Shown in pieces: positions 10,558 through 23,010 of a stretch of 64,000 nucleotides of DNA (positions are counted from its first letter, which is position 1; each line of letters opens with the position of its first letter). The position numbers were made by a program, and so were the translations under genes. Below the pieces are notes generated by a model. That model saw nothing but the letters and a program-made list of their open reading frames with translations, searched no databases and had not been told where the DNA came from. Origin of the DNA: Alphaproteobacteria bacterium (GTDB lineage Bacteria > Pseudomonadota > Alphaproteobacteria > Bin95); the NCBI GenBank assembly GCA_964291285.2, contig OZ219786.1:1248001-1312000 (forward strand), written 5' to 3'.

Positions 10558-13266
10558 GTGAACGACACGATCGCCATAGAACCGGACGACGTCGCGCCGG
10601 TCGCGCTCGAAGACGAGATGCGCCGCTCATATCTCGATTACGCGATGAGCGTGATCGTGGCGCGCGCGCTGCCGGACGTGCGCGACGGGCTGAAGCCGGT
10701 GCACCGGCGCATCCTCTACGCCATGCGCGAGGGCGGCTACGGCTGGAACCAGCCCTTCCGCAAGTCGGCGCGCATCGTCGGCGACGTGATGGGCAAGTTC
10801 CACCCGCACGGCGACAGCGCGATCTACGACGCCATGGTGCGGATGGCGCAGCCCTTCTCCATGCGCCTGCCGCTGATCGCCGGGCAGGGCAATTTCGGCT
10901 CGATGGACAACGACCCCCCGGCGGCAATGCGCTACACGGAAGCGCGGCTCGCGCGGGCGGCCGAGGCGCTGCTGACCGACATCGACAAGGACACGGTCGA
11001 TTTCCAGCCGAACTACGACGACAGCGAACAGGAACCGGCTGTCCTGCCGGCGCAGTATCCGAACCTGCTCGTCAACGGCGCCGGCGGCATCGCCGTCGGC
11101 ATGGCGACCAACATCCCGACCCACAATCTGGGCGAGGTGATCGACGCCTGCTTCGCTTATCTCGACAACCCGGCGATCACCGTCGAGGAACTGATGGACC
11201 ATGTGCCGGGGCCGGACTTCCCGACCGGTGGCGTGCTGCTGGGCCGGGAGGGCATCCGGCAGGCCTACACGACCGGCCGGGGCACGATCATCCTCCGGGC
11301 CCGCACCGAGATCGAGGAACGGCAGGGCAACCGCGAGGCGATCATCGTCACGGAGGTGCCCTACCAGGTCAACAAGGCGCGGATGATCGAGCGCATCAGC
11401 GAGGTCGTGAACCTGAAGCTGATCGAGGGCATCCAGGCGCTCCGGGACGAGAGCGACCGGCGCGGCATCCGCATCGTCATCGAACTCAAGCCGGGCGTCG
11501 AACACCGCGTGCTGCTGAACCAGCTCTACCGGCACACGCAGATGCAGGTGAGCTTCGGCATCAACATGCTGGCGCTGGACGGCGGACGGCCTGAGACGCT
11601 GTCCCTCGACCGCATCATCCGCGCCTTCATCGCCTTCCGCGAAGAGGTTGTCGCGCGGCGCACCCGCCACGACCTCGGCAAGGCGCGGGAGCGCGCGCAT
11701 GTGCTGGTCGGCCTCGCCGTCGCCGTCGCCAATATCGACGAGGTCATCCGCGTCATCCGGCAGGCGGGCGATCCCGCCGAAGCGCGCGCCGCCCTGCTGG
11801 CGCGCGCCTGGCCGGCGGCGGACACGGCGCCGCTGCTGGAGCTTCTGGGCACGGCCGGCGGCGCGCTGGAGGACGGCGGCTACCGGCTGAGCGACGCGCA
11901 GGCGCGCGCGATCCTGGACCTGCGCCTGCACCGGCTGACCGGCCTCGAACGGCAGAAGATCGCCGAGGAGCTGGAAGAGGTGGCGGAGCGCATCCGGGGC
12001 TATCTGGAGATCCTGGGTTCGCGGGAGAAGCTGCTGGCCGTGATCCGCGAGGAGCTCCAGAGCGTGCGGGACCGCTTTGCGGACGAGCGCCGTTCGATCT
12101 TCACCGACGACGAGATCGACCCGGATGAGGAAGACCTGATCCAGCGCGAGGACATGGTCGTGACGGTGAGCCAGGGCGGCAATATCCGGCGCGTGCAGCT
12201 CTCCACCTACCGGGCGCAGAAGCGCGGCGGCAAGGGGCGCTCGGGCATGTCGAACCGCTACGAGGACGCGGTCTCGCAGGTCATCATCGCCCACACCCAC
12301 ACGCCGCTGCTGTTCTTCTCGGCCTCGGGCATCGTCTACAAGCTCAAGGTCCACCGCCTGCCGCGCACGGGGCCGCAGGGGCGGGGCGTGAAGATGCAGC
12401 AGGTCATCGAGGCGCTGCCGGCGGGCGAGCGCATCACCGCCGTCATGGCGATGCCGGACGACGAGGAGAGCTGGCAGGACCTGTCGGTGATGTTCGCGAC
12501 CGAGAGCGGCAATGTGCGGCGCAACACGCTTGCGGACTTCATCAACATCCCCCGCCGCGGCAAGATCGCGATGAAGCTCGACGAGGATGACGTGCTGGTC
12601 GGCGTGAAGCCCTGCGGGCCGGGCGACCATATCCTGCTGGCGACCCGGCAGGGCAAGGCGCTGCGCTTCCCGGCCAAGGATGTGCGGGAGTTTGTGAGCC
12701 GCGCCTCCACGGGCGTGCGCGGCATCTCGCTGCGCGAGGACGACTGCGTCATCTCCATGAGTGTCGTCGATGGATTCATGATCGACAGCACAGAGGAGCG
12801 GGATACCTATCTCAGCCAGAACGGCATCGGGGACATGATCCGCACGGCCGAACTCGAGGAGCACGAGCAGATGATCCTCTCGGTCGCCTCGGACGGCTAC
12901 GGCAAGCGGACTTCCGCATACGATTACCGCGTGACGAAGCGGGGCGGGCAGGGCATCGAACTGATGACGCGCAGCGGCGAGGAGGTCGAGGTGGTCGCCG
13001 CCTTCCCCGTCGAGGAGACGGACCAGTTGCTGCTGATGACCGATGGCGGCCAATTGATCCGCTGCCCCGTAACCGATATCCGGAAAGCGCGCCGGGTGAC
13101 GAGGGGCGTGCGCCTGTTCAACATCCCGGAGGGCGCGCGGGTGGTCCAGGTCTCGCATCTGGCGGATGCCAATGGCGTGGACGAAGCGGAAGACGAGGAA
13201 GGCGAGGCGCCGGAGGGCGGGGCGGACGAAGCGGACGCCGCCGGCGATGCAGGAGAGCAAGAGTGA
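10558..13266 (+). CDS. gyrA: DNA gyrase subunit A
   Basis: [29 protein letters not shown], GyrA-box QKRGGKG, acidic tail. Confidence 0.98.
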   Translation: MNDTIAIEPDDVAPVALEDEMRRSYLDYAMSVIVARALPDVRDGLKPVHRRILYAMREGGYGWNQPFRKSARIVGDVMGKFHPHGDSAIYDAMVRMAQPFSMRLPLIAGQGNFGSMDNDPPAAMRYTEARLARAAEALLTDIDKDTVDFQPNYDDSEQEPAVLPAQYPNLLVNGAGGIAVGMATNIPTHNLGEVIDACFAYLDNPAITVEELMDHVPGPDFPTGGVLLGREGIRQAYTTGRGTIILRARTEIEERQGNREAIIVTEVPYQVNKARMIERISEVVNLKLIEGIQALRDESDRRGIRIVIELKPGVEHRVLLNQLYRHTQMQVSFGINMLALDGGRPETLSLDRIIRAFIAFREEVVARRTRHDLGKARERAHVLVGLAVAVANIDEVIRVIRQAGDPAEARAALLARAWPAADTAPLLELLGTAGGALEDGGYRLSDAQARAILDLRLHRLTGLERQKIAEELEEVAERIRGYLEILGSREKLLAVIREELQSVRDRFADERRSIFTDDEIDPDEEDLIQREDMVVTVSQGGNIRRVQLSTYRAQKRGGKGRSGMSNRYEDAVSQVIIAHTHTPLLFFSASGIVYKLKVHRLPRTGPQGRGVKMQQVIEALPAGERITAVMAMPDDEESWQDLSVMFATESGNVRRNTLADFINIPRRGKIAMKLDEDDVLVGVKPCGPGDHILLATRQGKALRFPAKDVREFVSRASTGVRGISLREDDCVISMSVVDGFMIDSTEERDTYLSQNGIGDMIRTAELEEHEQMILSVASDGYGKRTSAYDYRVTKRGGQGIELMTRSGEEVEVVAAFPVEETDQLLLMTDGGQLIRCPVTDIRKARRVTRGVRLFNIPEGARVVQVSHLADANGVDEAEDEEGEAPEGGADEADAAGDAGEQE

Positions 13267-13808
13267 ACCACCAGAAGATCGGCCTTTACCCCGGCACATT
13301 CGACCCGATCACCAACGGCCATATCGACATCATCTACCGGGGTGCGCGTCTGGTGGACCGGCTGATCGTCGGCGTGTTCAACAATGCCGGCAAGGGGCCG
13401 CTGTTCACCCCGGAAGAGCGCAAGGCGATGGTCGAGGACGAGATCGCCGCGCTGGGCGACCGGGTCGTCGCCGACCGGATCGAGGTGCGGCTGATGGACG
13501 GCCTGCTGGTCGCCTATGCGCGCCAGCACCGGGTGAGCGTCATCTTCCGGGGGCTCAGGGCCGTCTCCGATTTCGAGTACGAGATGCAGATGGCGAGCCT
13601 GAACCGGACGATGGAGCCCGATGTCGAGACCGTGTTCCTCTCCGCCTCGGAACACCACCAGTTCATCTCCTCGCGCTTCGTCAAGGAAATCGCGGCCCTC
13701 GGCGGGGACTCCTCCGCCTTCACCACGCCGCGCGTGATCGCGGCCCTCGAGGAACGGTTCGGCGACGGGCGCAAGGTGGAGAGCGGCGCCGCCTCCAAGG
13801 TGTATTGA
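13263..13808 (+). CDS. coaD: Phosphopantetheine adenylyltransferase
   Basis: [33 protein letters not shown]. Confidence 0.97.
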   Translation: MNHQKIGLYPGTFDPITNGHIDIIYRGARLVDRLIVGVFNNAGKGPLFTPEERKAMVEDEIAALGDRVVADRIEVRLMDGLLVAYARQHRVSVIFRGLRAVSDFEYEMQMASLNRTMEPDVETVFLSASEHHQFISSRFVKEIAALGGDSSAFTTPRVIAALEERFGDGRKVESGAASKVY

Positions 13809-13860
13809 CCGGCCCTTGACACCGCAGGCGGCGCCGCACAGTTTCGCCGCCGACCCGGTC

Positions 13861-13936
13861 GGGCGCGTAGCTCAGTTGGTAGAGCATCTGACTTTTAATC
13901 AGACGGTCCCAGGTTCGAATCCTGGCGCGCTCACCA
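13861..13936 (+). tRNA. tRNA-Lys (anticodon TTT)
   Basis: GGGCGCG acceptor stem, TCTGA-CTTTTAA-TCAGA anticodon arm, GGTTCGAATCC T-arm, encoded CCA. Confidence 0.97.
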
Positions 13937-14068
13937 TATTTTTCAATGGTTTAGGGGAGATAGAAGGACCAGCGGCACCGGGCGGCGCCGACCGGCGAGC
14001 GCCCTGTGCAGGAGACCGCAAGACGCCCGCGTTCAGCTAGAATCCTGCGAATGACAAGGAAATCCGGC

Positions 14069-14929
14069 ATGAGCCCAACCCTGCCCGGCCTGTCGCACCA
14101 TCGGGCCAACGTCAACGGTACCGAGCTCCATTACGTCGAGGCGGGCGCCGGACCCCTCGTTCTCCTGCTGCACGGATTCCCCGAGTTCTGGTGGTCGTGG
14201 CGCCACGTCATTCCCTCTCTCGCCCGGTCGTTCCGGGTGGTTGCTCCCGACCTGCGGGGCTATCACCTCTCCGCCAAGCCGGCGTCGGGATACGACCTCG
14301 CCACTCTGGCGGGCGATGTGGCCGCTCTGGTGGACCATCTCGGGACTCCGGCCATGGTCGCGGCGCACGATTGGGGCGGCCTGATTGCCTATGAGACCGC
14401 CATGGACCACCCCGGCGCCGTCCGGAAGCTCGCGATTCTCAATGCCCCGCACCCCGATGCCTGGATCGCAGCGTGGCTGGGCCATCCCGAGCAGCAGCGC
14501 AAGAGCTGGTATGTCTTCTTCACTCTTGTTCCGGAGCTGCCGGAGGAGCTCTATCTGGAGCAGTTTCGCGCCGGAACCATCCGGCTCGCCAGGGTGATGC
14601 CGCCCGAGGACGTGGCGACCTACCGACGCGCCTTCGAGATACCGGGTTCCGCCACGGCGGCAGTCAATTACTACCGGGAAATCGTGCGCGACATGCCGCG
14701 GCGACGACACGTCGCGCCCCGGCGGATCACCTGTCCGGTCAGCGTATTGTGGGGTTCGCTGGACGTCGCGCTGGATCCGGTCGTGAACGACATCGCACGG
14801 GACTGGATCGACGAATTCTCGGTCACCTATTTCCCGAACAACTGGCACTGGCTGGCCGAGGAACAGCCCCGGGCAGTGATCGACCATCTGGAGACGTTCT
14901 TTGCGGCGACCGCCGAAAGCTGTCCGTGA
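14069..14929 (+). CDS. Alpha/beta hydrolase, epoxide hydrolase-like
   Basis: LLLHGFPE, APDLRGY, AHDWGG (Asp nucleophile), SWY and NYYR tyrosines, HW near C-terminus; AAGGA RBS before ATG 14069. Confidence 0.88.
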   Translation: MSPTLPGLSHHRANVNGTELHYVEAGAGPLVLLLHGFPEFWWSWRHVIPSLARSFRVVAPDLRGYHLSAKPASGYDLATLAGDVAALVDHLGTPAMVAAHDWGGLIAYETAMDHPGAVRKLAILNAPHPDAWIAAWLGHPEQQRKSWYVFFTLVPELPEELYLEQFRAGTIRLARVMPPEDVATYRRAFEIPGSATAAVNYYREIVRDMPRRRHVAPRRITCPVSVLWGSLDVALDPVVNDIARDWIDEFSVTYFPNNWHWLAEEQPRAVIDHLETFFAATAESCP

Positions 14930-15204
14930 TGAAGGCGCTGCCCGAGGGCGTTGCGCGCTATGGCGGGACGCCGGAATTTTCGGACGGGTCGATCCCGGCG
15001 AGCCTCTTGCGGTCCCATCGCACGAAGGCCGGGACATGGGCGAAGGTCGTCGTGCTGGAGGGGCGGCTGCTTTACCGCATCCTTGAGCCCGGAATCGAGG
15101 AAATCGAGCTTTCGCCGGAGCGGCCGGGCATCGTGGAGCCGGAAGTGGCGCACGAAATCGAGGCGGCGGGTCCGGTCCGTTTCCGGGTGGATTTCTATCG
15201 CTGA
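14929..15204 (+). CDS. DUF1971 / YeaR-TehB N-terminal-like small cupin
   Basis: TPEFS..SIPASLLRSHRTKAGTWAKVVVLEG..L..VEPEVAHEI..FRVDFY. Confidence 0.75.
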   Translation: MKALPEGVARYGGTPEFSDGSIPASLLRSHRTKAGTWAKVVVLEGRLLYRILEPGIEEIELSPERPGIVEPEVAHEIEAAGPVRFRVDFYR

Positions 15205-15225
15205 GCCGGGCCCGCTTTCGGCTCG

Positions 15226-16362
15226 TCAGCCGAGGGCCTGCTCCAGGTCCGCTATGAGTTCGTCGACGCGCTCTATTCCGACGGAGAGGCGGAGCAGGTT
15301 TGCCGGCACGGCGCTCAGCGGCCCTTCGACCGAGGCCCGGTGCTCGATCAGGCTTTCGACGCCGCCGAGCGAGGTCGCCGACACGAAGAGCCGGGTGCGT
15401 GTGGCAATCCGCTTGGCGGCGTCCGCGCCGCCTTCGACCAGCAGCGATAGCATGGCGCCGAAGCTGCCTGCCGTCTGCCGCTTTGCGATCTCGTGCCCCG
15501 GATGGGATTCGAGGCCGGGATAGAGCACTGCCTCGATGCCGGCGCGGCCCTCGAAATGCCGGGCGATGGCGAGCGCGTTCGCAGCCTGCCGTTCGTAGCG
15601 CAGGTGGAGCGTGCGCATGCCGCGCAGCAGCAGCCAGGCCTCAAACGCGCCGGGCACGCCGCCCATGCGCGTGCGCGCCGCCCTGACCTCTCCCCAGCGC
15701 TTATCCGCAGTTCCGGTCGCCAGCACGCCCGCCAGCAGGTCGCTGTGCCCGGCGAGATATTTCGTGGCGGAGTGGAAGACGATGTCGGCGCCCAGATCGA
15801 GCGCCCGGAGCGTCACCGGCGGCGTCGCGGTGGCGTCCACGCCGAGAATCGCGCCGGCGTCCCGCGCAACCCCGGCGGCGGCGCGCACATCGATCACGTC
15901 CCAGGTCGGGTTCACGCAGGTCTCGATCCAGACGACCGAGGTCCGCCCGGGCCTGACGGCCGCTTTCAGCGCGCCCGGCTCTGAGGCATCGAAAAAGCTG
16001 ACCTCGACCCCGCGCCGTTCGGCGAGGCGGCGCAGCAGGTCCGCCGCGCCGTGATACATCACCCGCGGCGCCGCCACATGGTCGCCCGCGCCCAGGCTGT
16101 CGAAGAAGGTCGCGACCGCCGCCATCCCCGACGAGAAAACAAGCGCGTCCTCCGCGCCTTCCAGTTCCGCCAGCACCTCTTCCACATGCGCGACAGTCGG
16201 GTTGGCGTCGCGGCTGTAGGTGTAGCCGGTCGTCTCGTAGCGGTCGTCCCGTGCATAGGTGGTCGCGGAATGGATCGGCGGCACGACGGCGCCGGTCTCC
16301 CGGTCGAGGAACCGTCCTCCCTGGGCCAGCAGGGTTTCGGGCGAACGCTCGTTGCGGGTCAT
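15226..16362 (-). CDS. Cys/Met metabolism PLP-dependent enzyme (cystathionine gamma-synthase/lyase family)
   Basis: YSRDANPT, FSSGMAA, HSATKYLAGHSD, TSLGGVESLIEH, LLRLSVGIE. Confidence 0.9.
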   Translation of the reverse strand: MTRNERSPETLLAQGGRFLDRETGAVVPPIHSATTYARDDRYETTGYTYSRDANPTVAHVEEVLAELEGAEDALVFSSGMAAVATFFDSLGAGDHVAAPRVMYHGAADLLRRLAERRGVEVSFFDASEPGALKAAVRPGRTSVVWIETCVNPTWDVIDVRAAAGVARDAGAILGVDATATPPVTLRALDLGADIVFHSATKYLAGHSDLLAGVLATGTADKRWGEVRAARTRMGGVPGAFEAWLLLRGMRTLHLRYERQAANALAIARHFEGRAGIEAVLYPGLESHPGHEIAKRQTAGSFGAMLSLLVEGGADAAKRIATRTRLFVSATSLGGVESLIEHRASVEGPLSAVPANLLRLSVGIERVDELIADLEQALG

Positions 16363-17069
16363 GCGTTGCCGGGGTCGTTCTGGCGCGCCCAGACGTCCTG
16401 CGGCGGCGTCTCGGCGGGCGAGCGGGCGCGGAGCGCGTAATAGGGCAGGTATTTCCGGTAAGCCTCCCAGAGGCGGCGAAGCTCACCCACCGCGTCGTCG
16501 TGAAGGTCCACCCGGAGGTCGATATCCTCGACAATGTCAGCGCCGCGCACGATCAGCGCCGCCGAGCGCTCCGGCAGGGGTGTCTCGTCCGGCGACGCCT
16601 GGCCGCCTGCGTCCCGTCCCGCCTCGATTGCCGCAAGCAGCCGCTCCGGAAGGCCGTCCCCGGCCCGCTCGCGCCACGCGGCCGCCATCGCCTGCACCGT
16701 CGCCTCGCCGGCCAGCACGTTGCCGAAGACCGCGAAGCCCTCGCCGGTGATGTGGCCGGACCAGGGCCGGGTGCGGGGCCCGGTATGTGCCGCGACGCGG
16801 CCGTCCGCCGCCGCGATGACCACCTGGCGCCACTCGAAATCCGGGTCCTGCTCGGCCAGCAGCCGGAGGGCCCCTCGCGGGTCGGGCGTTTCCCTCAGCG
16901 CGGCGGTGGCGAGCGGCCCGAGCGCAGGATTGGCGAAGGCCTGGGTCGAAAGCGCCGCGACGCCGCGCTCGAAGAACGGGCAGTAGCCGCCGACGCCGAG
17001 CGAATAGGTCGTGATGCCGATGCCGAGCCGGCCTGTCCCGGGGCAGGCGCCGATCGCCGTGAAGGTCAT
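16359..17069 (-). CDS. DUF1028 (Ntn-hydrolase-like) protein
   Basis: MTFTAIG N-terminus, TQAFANP, AHTG, GNVLAG, SAALIV, DLRVDLHDD. Confidence 0.8.
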   Translation of the reverse strand: MTFTAIGACPGTGRLGIGITTYSLGVGGYCPFFERGVAALSTQAFANPALGPLATAALRETPDPRGALRLLAEQDPDFEWRQVVIAAADGRVAAHTGPRTRPWSGHITGEGFAVFGNVLAGEATVQAMAAAWRERAGDGLPERLLAAIEAGRDAGGQASPDETPLPERSAALIVRGADIVEDIDLRVDLHDDAVGELRRLWEAYRKYLPYYALRARSPAETPPQDVWARQNDPGNA

Positions 17070-17086
17070 CGCACTTTCCTCCGCCG

Positions 17087-18832
17087 TCAGAACTGTTCGG
17101 CCGCCATCTCCAGCTCTGCTCCGCCGGCGGCCTCGATGGCGGCGAGGAGCCCGGCATGCTGCGGCAGCACCGTTTCGGCATAGAAGCGGGCGGTCAGGCG
17201 CTTCGCTTCCAGGAACTCCCCGTCCTCCGCGCCGTCGGCCAGAAGCCGCTCGGCCGCGGCCGCGCCTCGGGCGAGCAGCCAGCCGCCGGTCGCGAGGCCG
17301 AGCAGGTGGCAGAACGGGACGGCCGCGGCCGCTGCCGCGCCGAACTCCCTGCCGAAGCGGCCGAGAATGAGCCCGGCCCCGCGCTCCACGGCGTCGAGGG
17401 CGGCGGCCAGCGTCCGATCCGGCGAGTCAGCCCGCATCAGGGCGAGCTGGGCCCGGAGCGCCTCGCCCCCGTCGCGGGCAAGCTTGCGGGCCACGAGGTC
17501 CATGGCCTGAATGCCGTTGGTGCCCTCGTAGATCGGCGCGATGCGGCTGTCGCGCATATGCTGGGCGGCGCCGGTTTCCTCGATGAAACCCATGCCGCCA
17601 TGCACCTGGAGGCCGAGCGAGGCGATCTCGACGCCGAGGTCGCTGCACCACGCCTTGACCACCGGGATCATGAGGTCCACGCGGGCCTGGGCCTCGGCAT
17701 CGCCCGTGCGCTGGGCCCGGTCGAGACCGGCCGCGACCCAGTAGCAGAGCGCGCGCATGGCCTCGATCTCGGCCTTCATGGTCATCAGCATCCGCCGCAC
17801 GTCCGGATGGTGCAGGATCGGCACCGGCCCCCGTTCGCCGCTCGTCTCGTCACGGCCCTGGACGCGCTCCATGGCGAAGGCGCGGGCCTGCTGATAGGCC
17901 CGCTCCGCGACCGCAACGCCCTGCAGGCCGACGCCGAGGCGGGCATTGTTCATCATCGTGAACATGTACTGGATGCCGCAATTCTCCTTGCCGACCAGCG
18001 TGCCGAGCGCGCCGTCCCCCTCGCCATAGGCCATCACGCAGGTCGGGCTGCCGTGAATGCCGAGCTTGTGTTCGAGACCGACCGGACGCAGGTCGTTGCG
18101 CGCGCCGAGGCTGCCGTCCCCGTTCACCAGCACCTTCGGCACGATGAACAGCGAGACGCCGCGAATGCCCCTGGGCGCATCCGGCGTGCGCGCGAGCACC
18201 ATGTGGACGATGTTGTCGGTGAAGTCCTGGTCGCCGTAGCTGATGAAGATTTTCTGCCCGCTGATGCGGTATATGCCGTCGCCCGCCGGCACGGCGCGCG
18301 TGGCGAGCGCGCCGACATCGGAGCCGGCCTGGGGCTCTGTCAGGTTCATCGTGCCGGCCCACTCGCCGGAGATCATCTTCTCCAGAAAGATGTCCTTCTG
18401 CTCGTCCGAACCGTGGTTCGCGAGCAGGTCCACCGCGCCCTGCGTCAGGAGCGGCGCCAGCGAGAAGGACAGGCAGGCCGATTGCCACATCTCCGTGAGC
18501 GCCGTGGACACGAGCCAGGGAAGGCCCTGTCCGCCATATTCGGGGTCGAAGGGCGCGCCGTTCCAGCCGCCCTCGCAGAACTGCCGGTAGGTTTCCCGGA
18601 ACCCGTCCGCCGTGCGCACGACGCCGTTTTCCAGCACCGCGCCCTGAATGTCGCCGACGCGGTTGAGGGGCGCCACCGCCTCGTCCGCGAACCGGCCCGC
18701 CTCGGTCAGCACGGCATCGACGAGATCGACCGAAATCTCCTCCATGCCGGGCAGGGCGATCACCCCGTCCAGTCCGGCGATTTCGGTCATGGCAAAGCGA
18801 ATGTCGCGGAGGGGCGCGGCGTAATCGGACAT
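17087..18832 (-). CDS. Acyl-CoA dehydrogenase (DmdC-like long type)
   Basis: TMNLTEPQAGSD, GQKIFIS, EHKLGIHGSPT, QVHGGMGF, IYEGTNGIQA; start probably MSDY at 18832. Confidence 0.9.
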   Translation of the reverse strand: MSDYAAPLRDIRFAMTEIAGLDGVIALPGMEEISVDLVDAVLTEAGRFADEAVAPLNRVGDIQGAVLENGVVRTADGFRETYRQFCEGGWNGAPFDPEYGGQGLPWLVSTALTEMWQSACLSFSLAPLLTQGAVDLLANHGSDEQKDIFLEKMISGEWAGTMNLTEPQAGSDVGALATRAVPAGDGIYRISGQKIFISYGDQDFTDNIVHMVLARTPDAPRGIRGVSLFIVPKVLVNGDGSLGARNDLRPVGLEHKLGIHGSPTCVMAYGEGDGALGTLVGKENCGIQYMFTMMNNARLGVGLQGVAVAERAYQQARAFAMERVQGRDETSGERGPVPILHHPDVRRMLMTMKAEIEAMRALCYWVAAGLDRAQRTGDAEAQARVDLMIPVVKAWCSDLGVEIASLGLQVHGGMGFIEETGAAQHMRDSRIAPIYEGTNGIQAMDLVARKLARDGGEALRAQLALMRADSPDRTLAAALDAVERGAGLILGRFGREFGAAAAAAVPFCHLLGLATGGWLLARGAAAAERLLADGAEDGEFLEAKRLTARFYAETVLPQHAGLLAAIEAAGGAELEMAAEQF

Positions 18833-18872
18833 CGGCGGCACACCGGAAGGATTGTCGCAAGGCTGGGAAATG

Positions 18873-18946
18873 TGGCTGGGCGACCTGGATTCGAACCAGG
18901 GCTACTGGGGCCAGAACCCAGCGTTCTGCCGCTAAACTATCGCCCA
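18873..18946 (-). tRNA. tRNA-Gln (anticodon CTG)
   Basis: Reverse complement TGGGCGATAGTTTAGCGGCAGAACGCTGGGTTCTGGCCCCAGTAGCCCTGGTTCGAATCCAGGTCGCCCAGCCA folds as a cloverleaf. Confidence 0.93.
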
Positions 18947-19075
18947 ACGCACAGACCTCCCACATATCGTCCATCCAGCCGGGTTTTGCAAGGGCCTCCG
19001 GCCGGCTCCGGCGCCTGTCGGCGGAACGGCAGCAATGTCGGGCCATCCCGGCTATCATGGCCGGGGAGTTCGGCG

Positions 19076-20080
19076 ATGCGACAGCGACAGCAGCAGCCAG
19101 CGCGGCCCGGGACCGGAGCGCCGGTTTATGCGGCGCTCGACCTCGGTACCAACAACTGCCGGCTGCTGGTCGTGCGCCCGTCGGAGCGCGGATTCGACGT
19201 GGTGGACAGCTTTTCGCGCATCGTCCGGCTCGGCGAGGGCCTGCAGATCACCGGACGCCTCTCCGAAAAGGCCATCGAGCGGACTATCCGGGCCCTTCAC
19301 ATCTGCGCCGGCAAGATCAGGCGGCGGCGGGTCACGCGGCTGCGCTCGGTGGCGACCGACGCCTGCCGCCGCGCCGCCAACTGCGCCGGTTTCGTGGAGC
19401 GGGTGAAGCGCGAGACGGGCGTCCGGCTGGAAATCATCGGCGCGCGCGAGGAGGCGGCGCTCGCGGCGGCCGGATGCGCGCCCCTACTCAACCCCGGCCG
19501 CGGGCGCGCGCTGGTGTTCGATATCGGCGGGGGCAGCACCGAGCTCATGTGGCTCGCGGTGACGGGAGGGGGCCGCGCCCGCCTGCTTGATTCGACGTCC
19601 CTTCCCTGGGGCGTTGCCCGCATGGCAGAGACCTTCGGCTCGGACCGGATTTCGGACCGCACCTACAAGGCCATGACGGAGGCGGTGGCGCCCTGGCTGC
19701 GCCGCTTCGACGAGGCGAACGATATCTCCGCTGCGGTGGCGGCGGAGGAGGTGCAGATGCTCGGCACCTCCGGTCCGGTGACGATCGTTGCGGGGCTGCA
19801 TCTCGGCCTTGCGCGCTATCGCCGCGACCTCGTGGACGGATGTACGCTTGCCTTCGACGATCTCGACACGGTCTCCGGCACGCTGCGCCGGCTGGACCGG
19901 GAGGCGAGGGCGCGGCTGCCTTGCATCGGGCGCGAGCGCGCCGACATGGCGGTCGGCGGCTGCGCCATCCTGGAGGCGATCTGCCGGATGTGGCCCGTGG
20001 GCTCGATCCGGGTCGCCGACCGGGGGGTACGCGAGGGCATCCTGTTCCGCATGATCGCGAATGACGGCGGGGCGGCGTGA
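19076..20080 (+). CDS. ppx: Ppx/GppA family exopolyphosphatase
   Basis: YAALDLGTNNCRLL, VRLGEG, FDIGGGSTE, DRGVREG; C-terminal part of ORF-track 17156..20080. Confidence 0.92.
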   Translation: MRQRQQQPARPGTGAPVYAALDLGTNNCRLLVVRPSERGFDVVDSFSRIVRLGEGLQITGRLSEKAIERTIRALHICAGKIRRRRVTRLRSVATDACRRAANCAGFVERVKRETGVRLEIIGAREEAALAAAGCAPLLNPGRGRALVFDIGGGSTELMWLAVTGGGRARLLDSTSLPWGVARMAETFGSDRISDRTYKAMTEAVAPWLRRFDEANDISAAVAAEEVQMLGTSGPVTIVAGLHLGLARYRRDLVDGCTLAFDDLDTVSGTLRRLDREARARLPCIGRERADMAVGGCAILEAICRMWPVGSIRVADRGVREGILFRMIANDGGAA

Positions 20081-20781
20081 GCCGGCCTCCCCGCACACGG
20101 CCGGGACGGCAGGCGGGACTGAAGGCCCGGCTCCGCACGGCGAAAGGACGCAAGACGGCTTCCACCCGCTGGCTACAGCGCCAGCTCAGCGACGCTTATG
20201 TGGCGGAAGCGAAACGGCTGGGCCTGCGGTCCCGCGCCGCCTTCAAGCTGATGCAGCTCGATGACCGTTTCCGCCTGTTGAAACGAGGGAGCACGGTGCT
20301 CGACCTCGGCGCGGCCCCCGGCGGCTGGACCCAGGTGGCGGTGGCCCGGGGCGCCGGGGCGGTGGTCGCGGTGGACCTCCAGACGATGGAGCCGGTTCCG
20401 GGCGCTTGCTGCCTGCTGCTCGATCTGGAGGACAGCGACGCCCCCGCGCGACTCGGCGCCGGCCTGCCGGACGGCGCCGATGTCGTGCTGAGCGATATGG
20501 CGCCGCGCACCACCGGACATGCGGCGACCGACCGGCTGCGCATCGTCGCGCTTGCGGAGCTGGCATACGATTCTGCACGCGCGTTGCTGCGGCCGGGCGG
20601 CGCCCTGGTTGTCAAGGTTTTTCAAGGGGGTGCGCACGAGGACCTGCTGAAAGCGCTGAAGCGGGACTTCGCCTTTGTGCGCCATGCGAAGCCGGATGCG
20701 AGCCGCAAGGAGTCCTCCGAGCTCTACCTCGTGGCGACGGGTTTTCGCGCGTTCGACACTGCGGCTTCACATTCCGGCTGA
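20077..20781 (+). CDS. rlmE: 23S rRNA Um2552 methyltransferase
   Basis: RSRAAFKL, DLGAAPGGW, VLSDMAP, KPDASRKESSE. Confidence 0.96.
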   Translation: MSRPPRTRPGRQAGLKARLRTAKGRKTASTRWLQRQLSDAYVAEAKRLGLRSRAAFKLMQLDDRFRLLKRGSTVLDLGAAPGGWTQVAVARGAGAVVAVDLQTMEPVPGACCLLLDLEDSDAPARLGAGLPDGADVVLSDMAPRTTGHAATDRLRIVALAELAYDSARALLRPGGALVVKVFQGGAHEDLLKALKRDFAFVRHAKPDASRKESSELYLVATGFRAFDTAASHSG

Positions 20782-20812
20782 GGCGGGTATAAGAAGGCGT
20801 CAACCCCGATGA

Positions 20813-22803
<1,991 letters not shown>

Positions 22804-23010
22804 TTCTGAAAAGTTGAAATAATTCCCGAAAATAGATTGATATGATAGATGATGTAATAGAATGAAGCGGGAGGAAGGAAACGGCATTCGCGGCGCGGCG
22901 AAGCCGCCTGTCGCTGTCCGGCCGCGCGCGAACCGCTGCTTGACTTGGACTGCCCGGTCGGAAACCATGGAAGCGGCAGGCCTTTGTGGCGGAGTCCGGC
23001 TGAAAGCGGG

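Noticed and set aside
10790-10835. Quinolone-resistance substitution in GyrA
   Set aside because: [10 protein letters not shown] retains Ser83 and Asp87 equivalents
17156-19075. Large N-terminal extension or fusion on Ppx (974-aa ORF)
   Set aside because: Upstream part is antisense to the acyl-CoA dehydrogenase and crosses tRNA-Gln; the real start is near 19076
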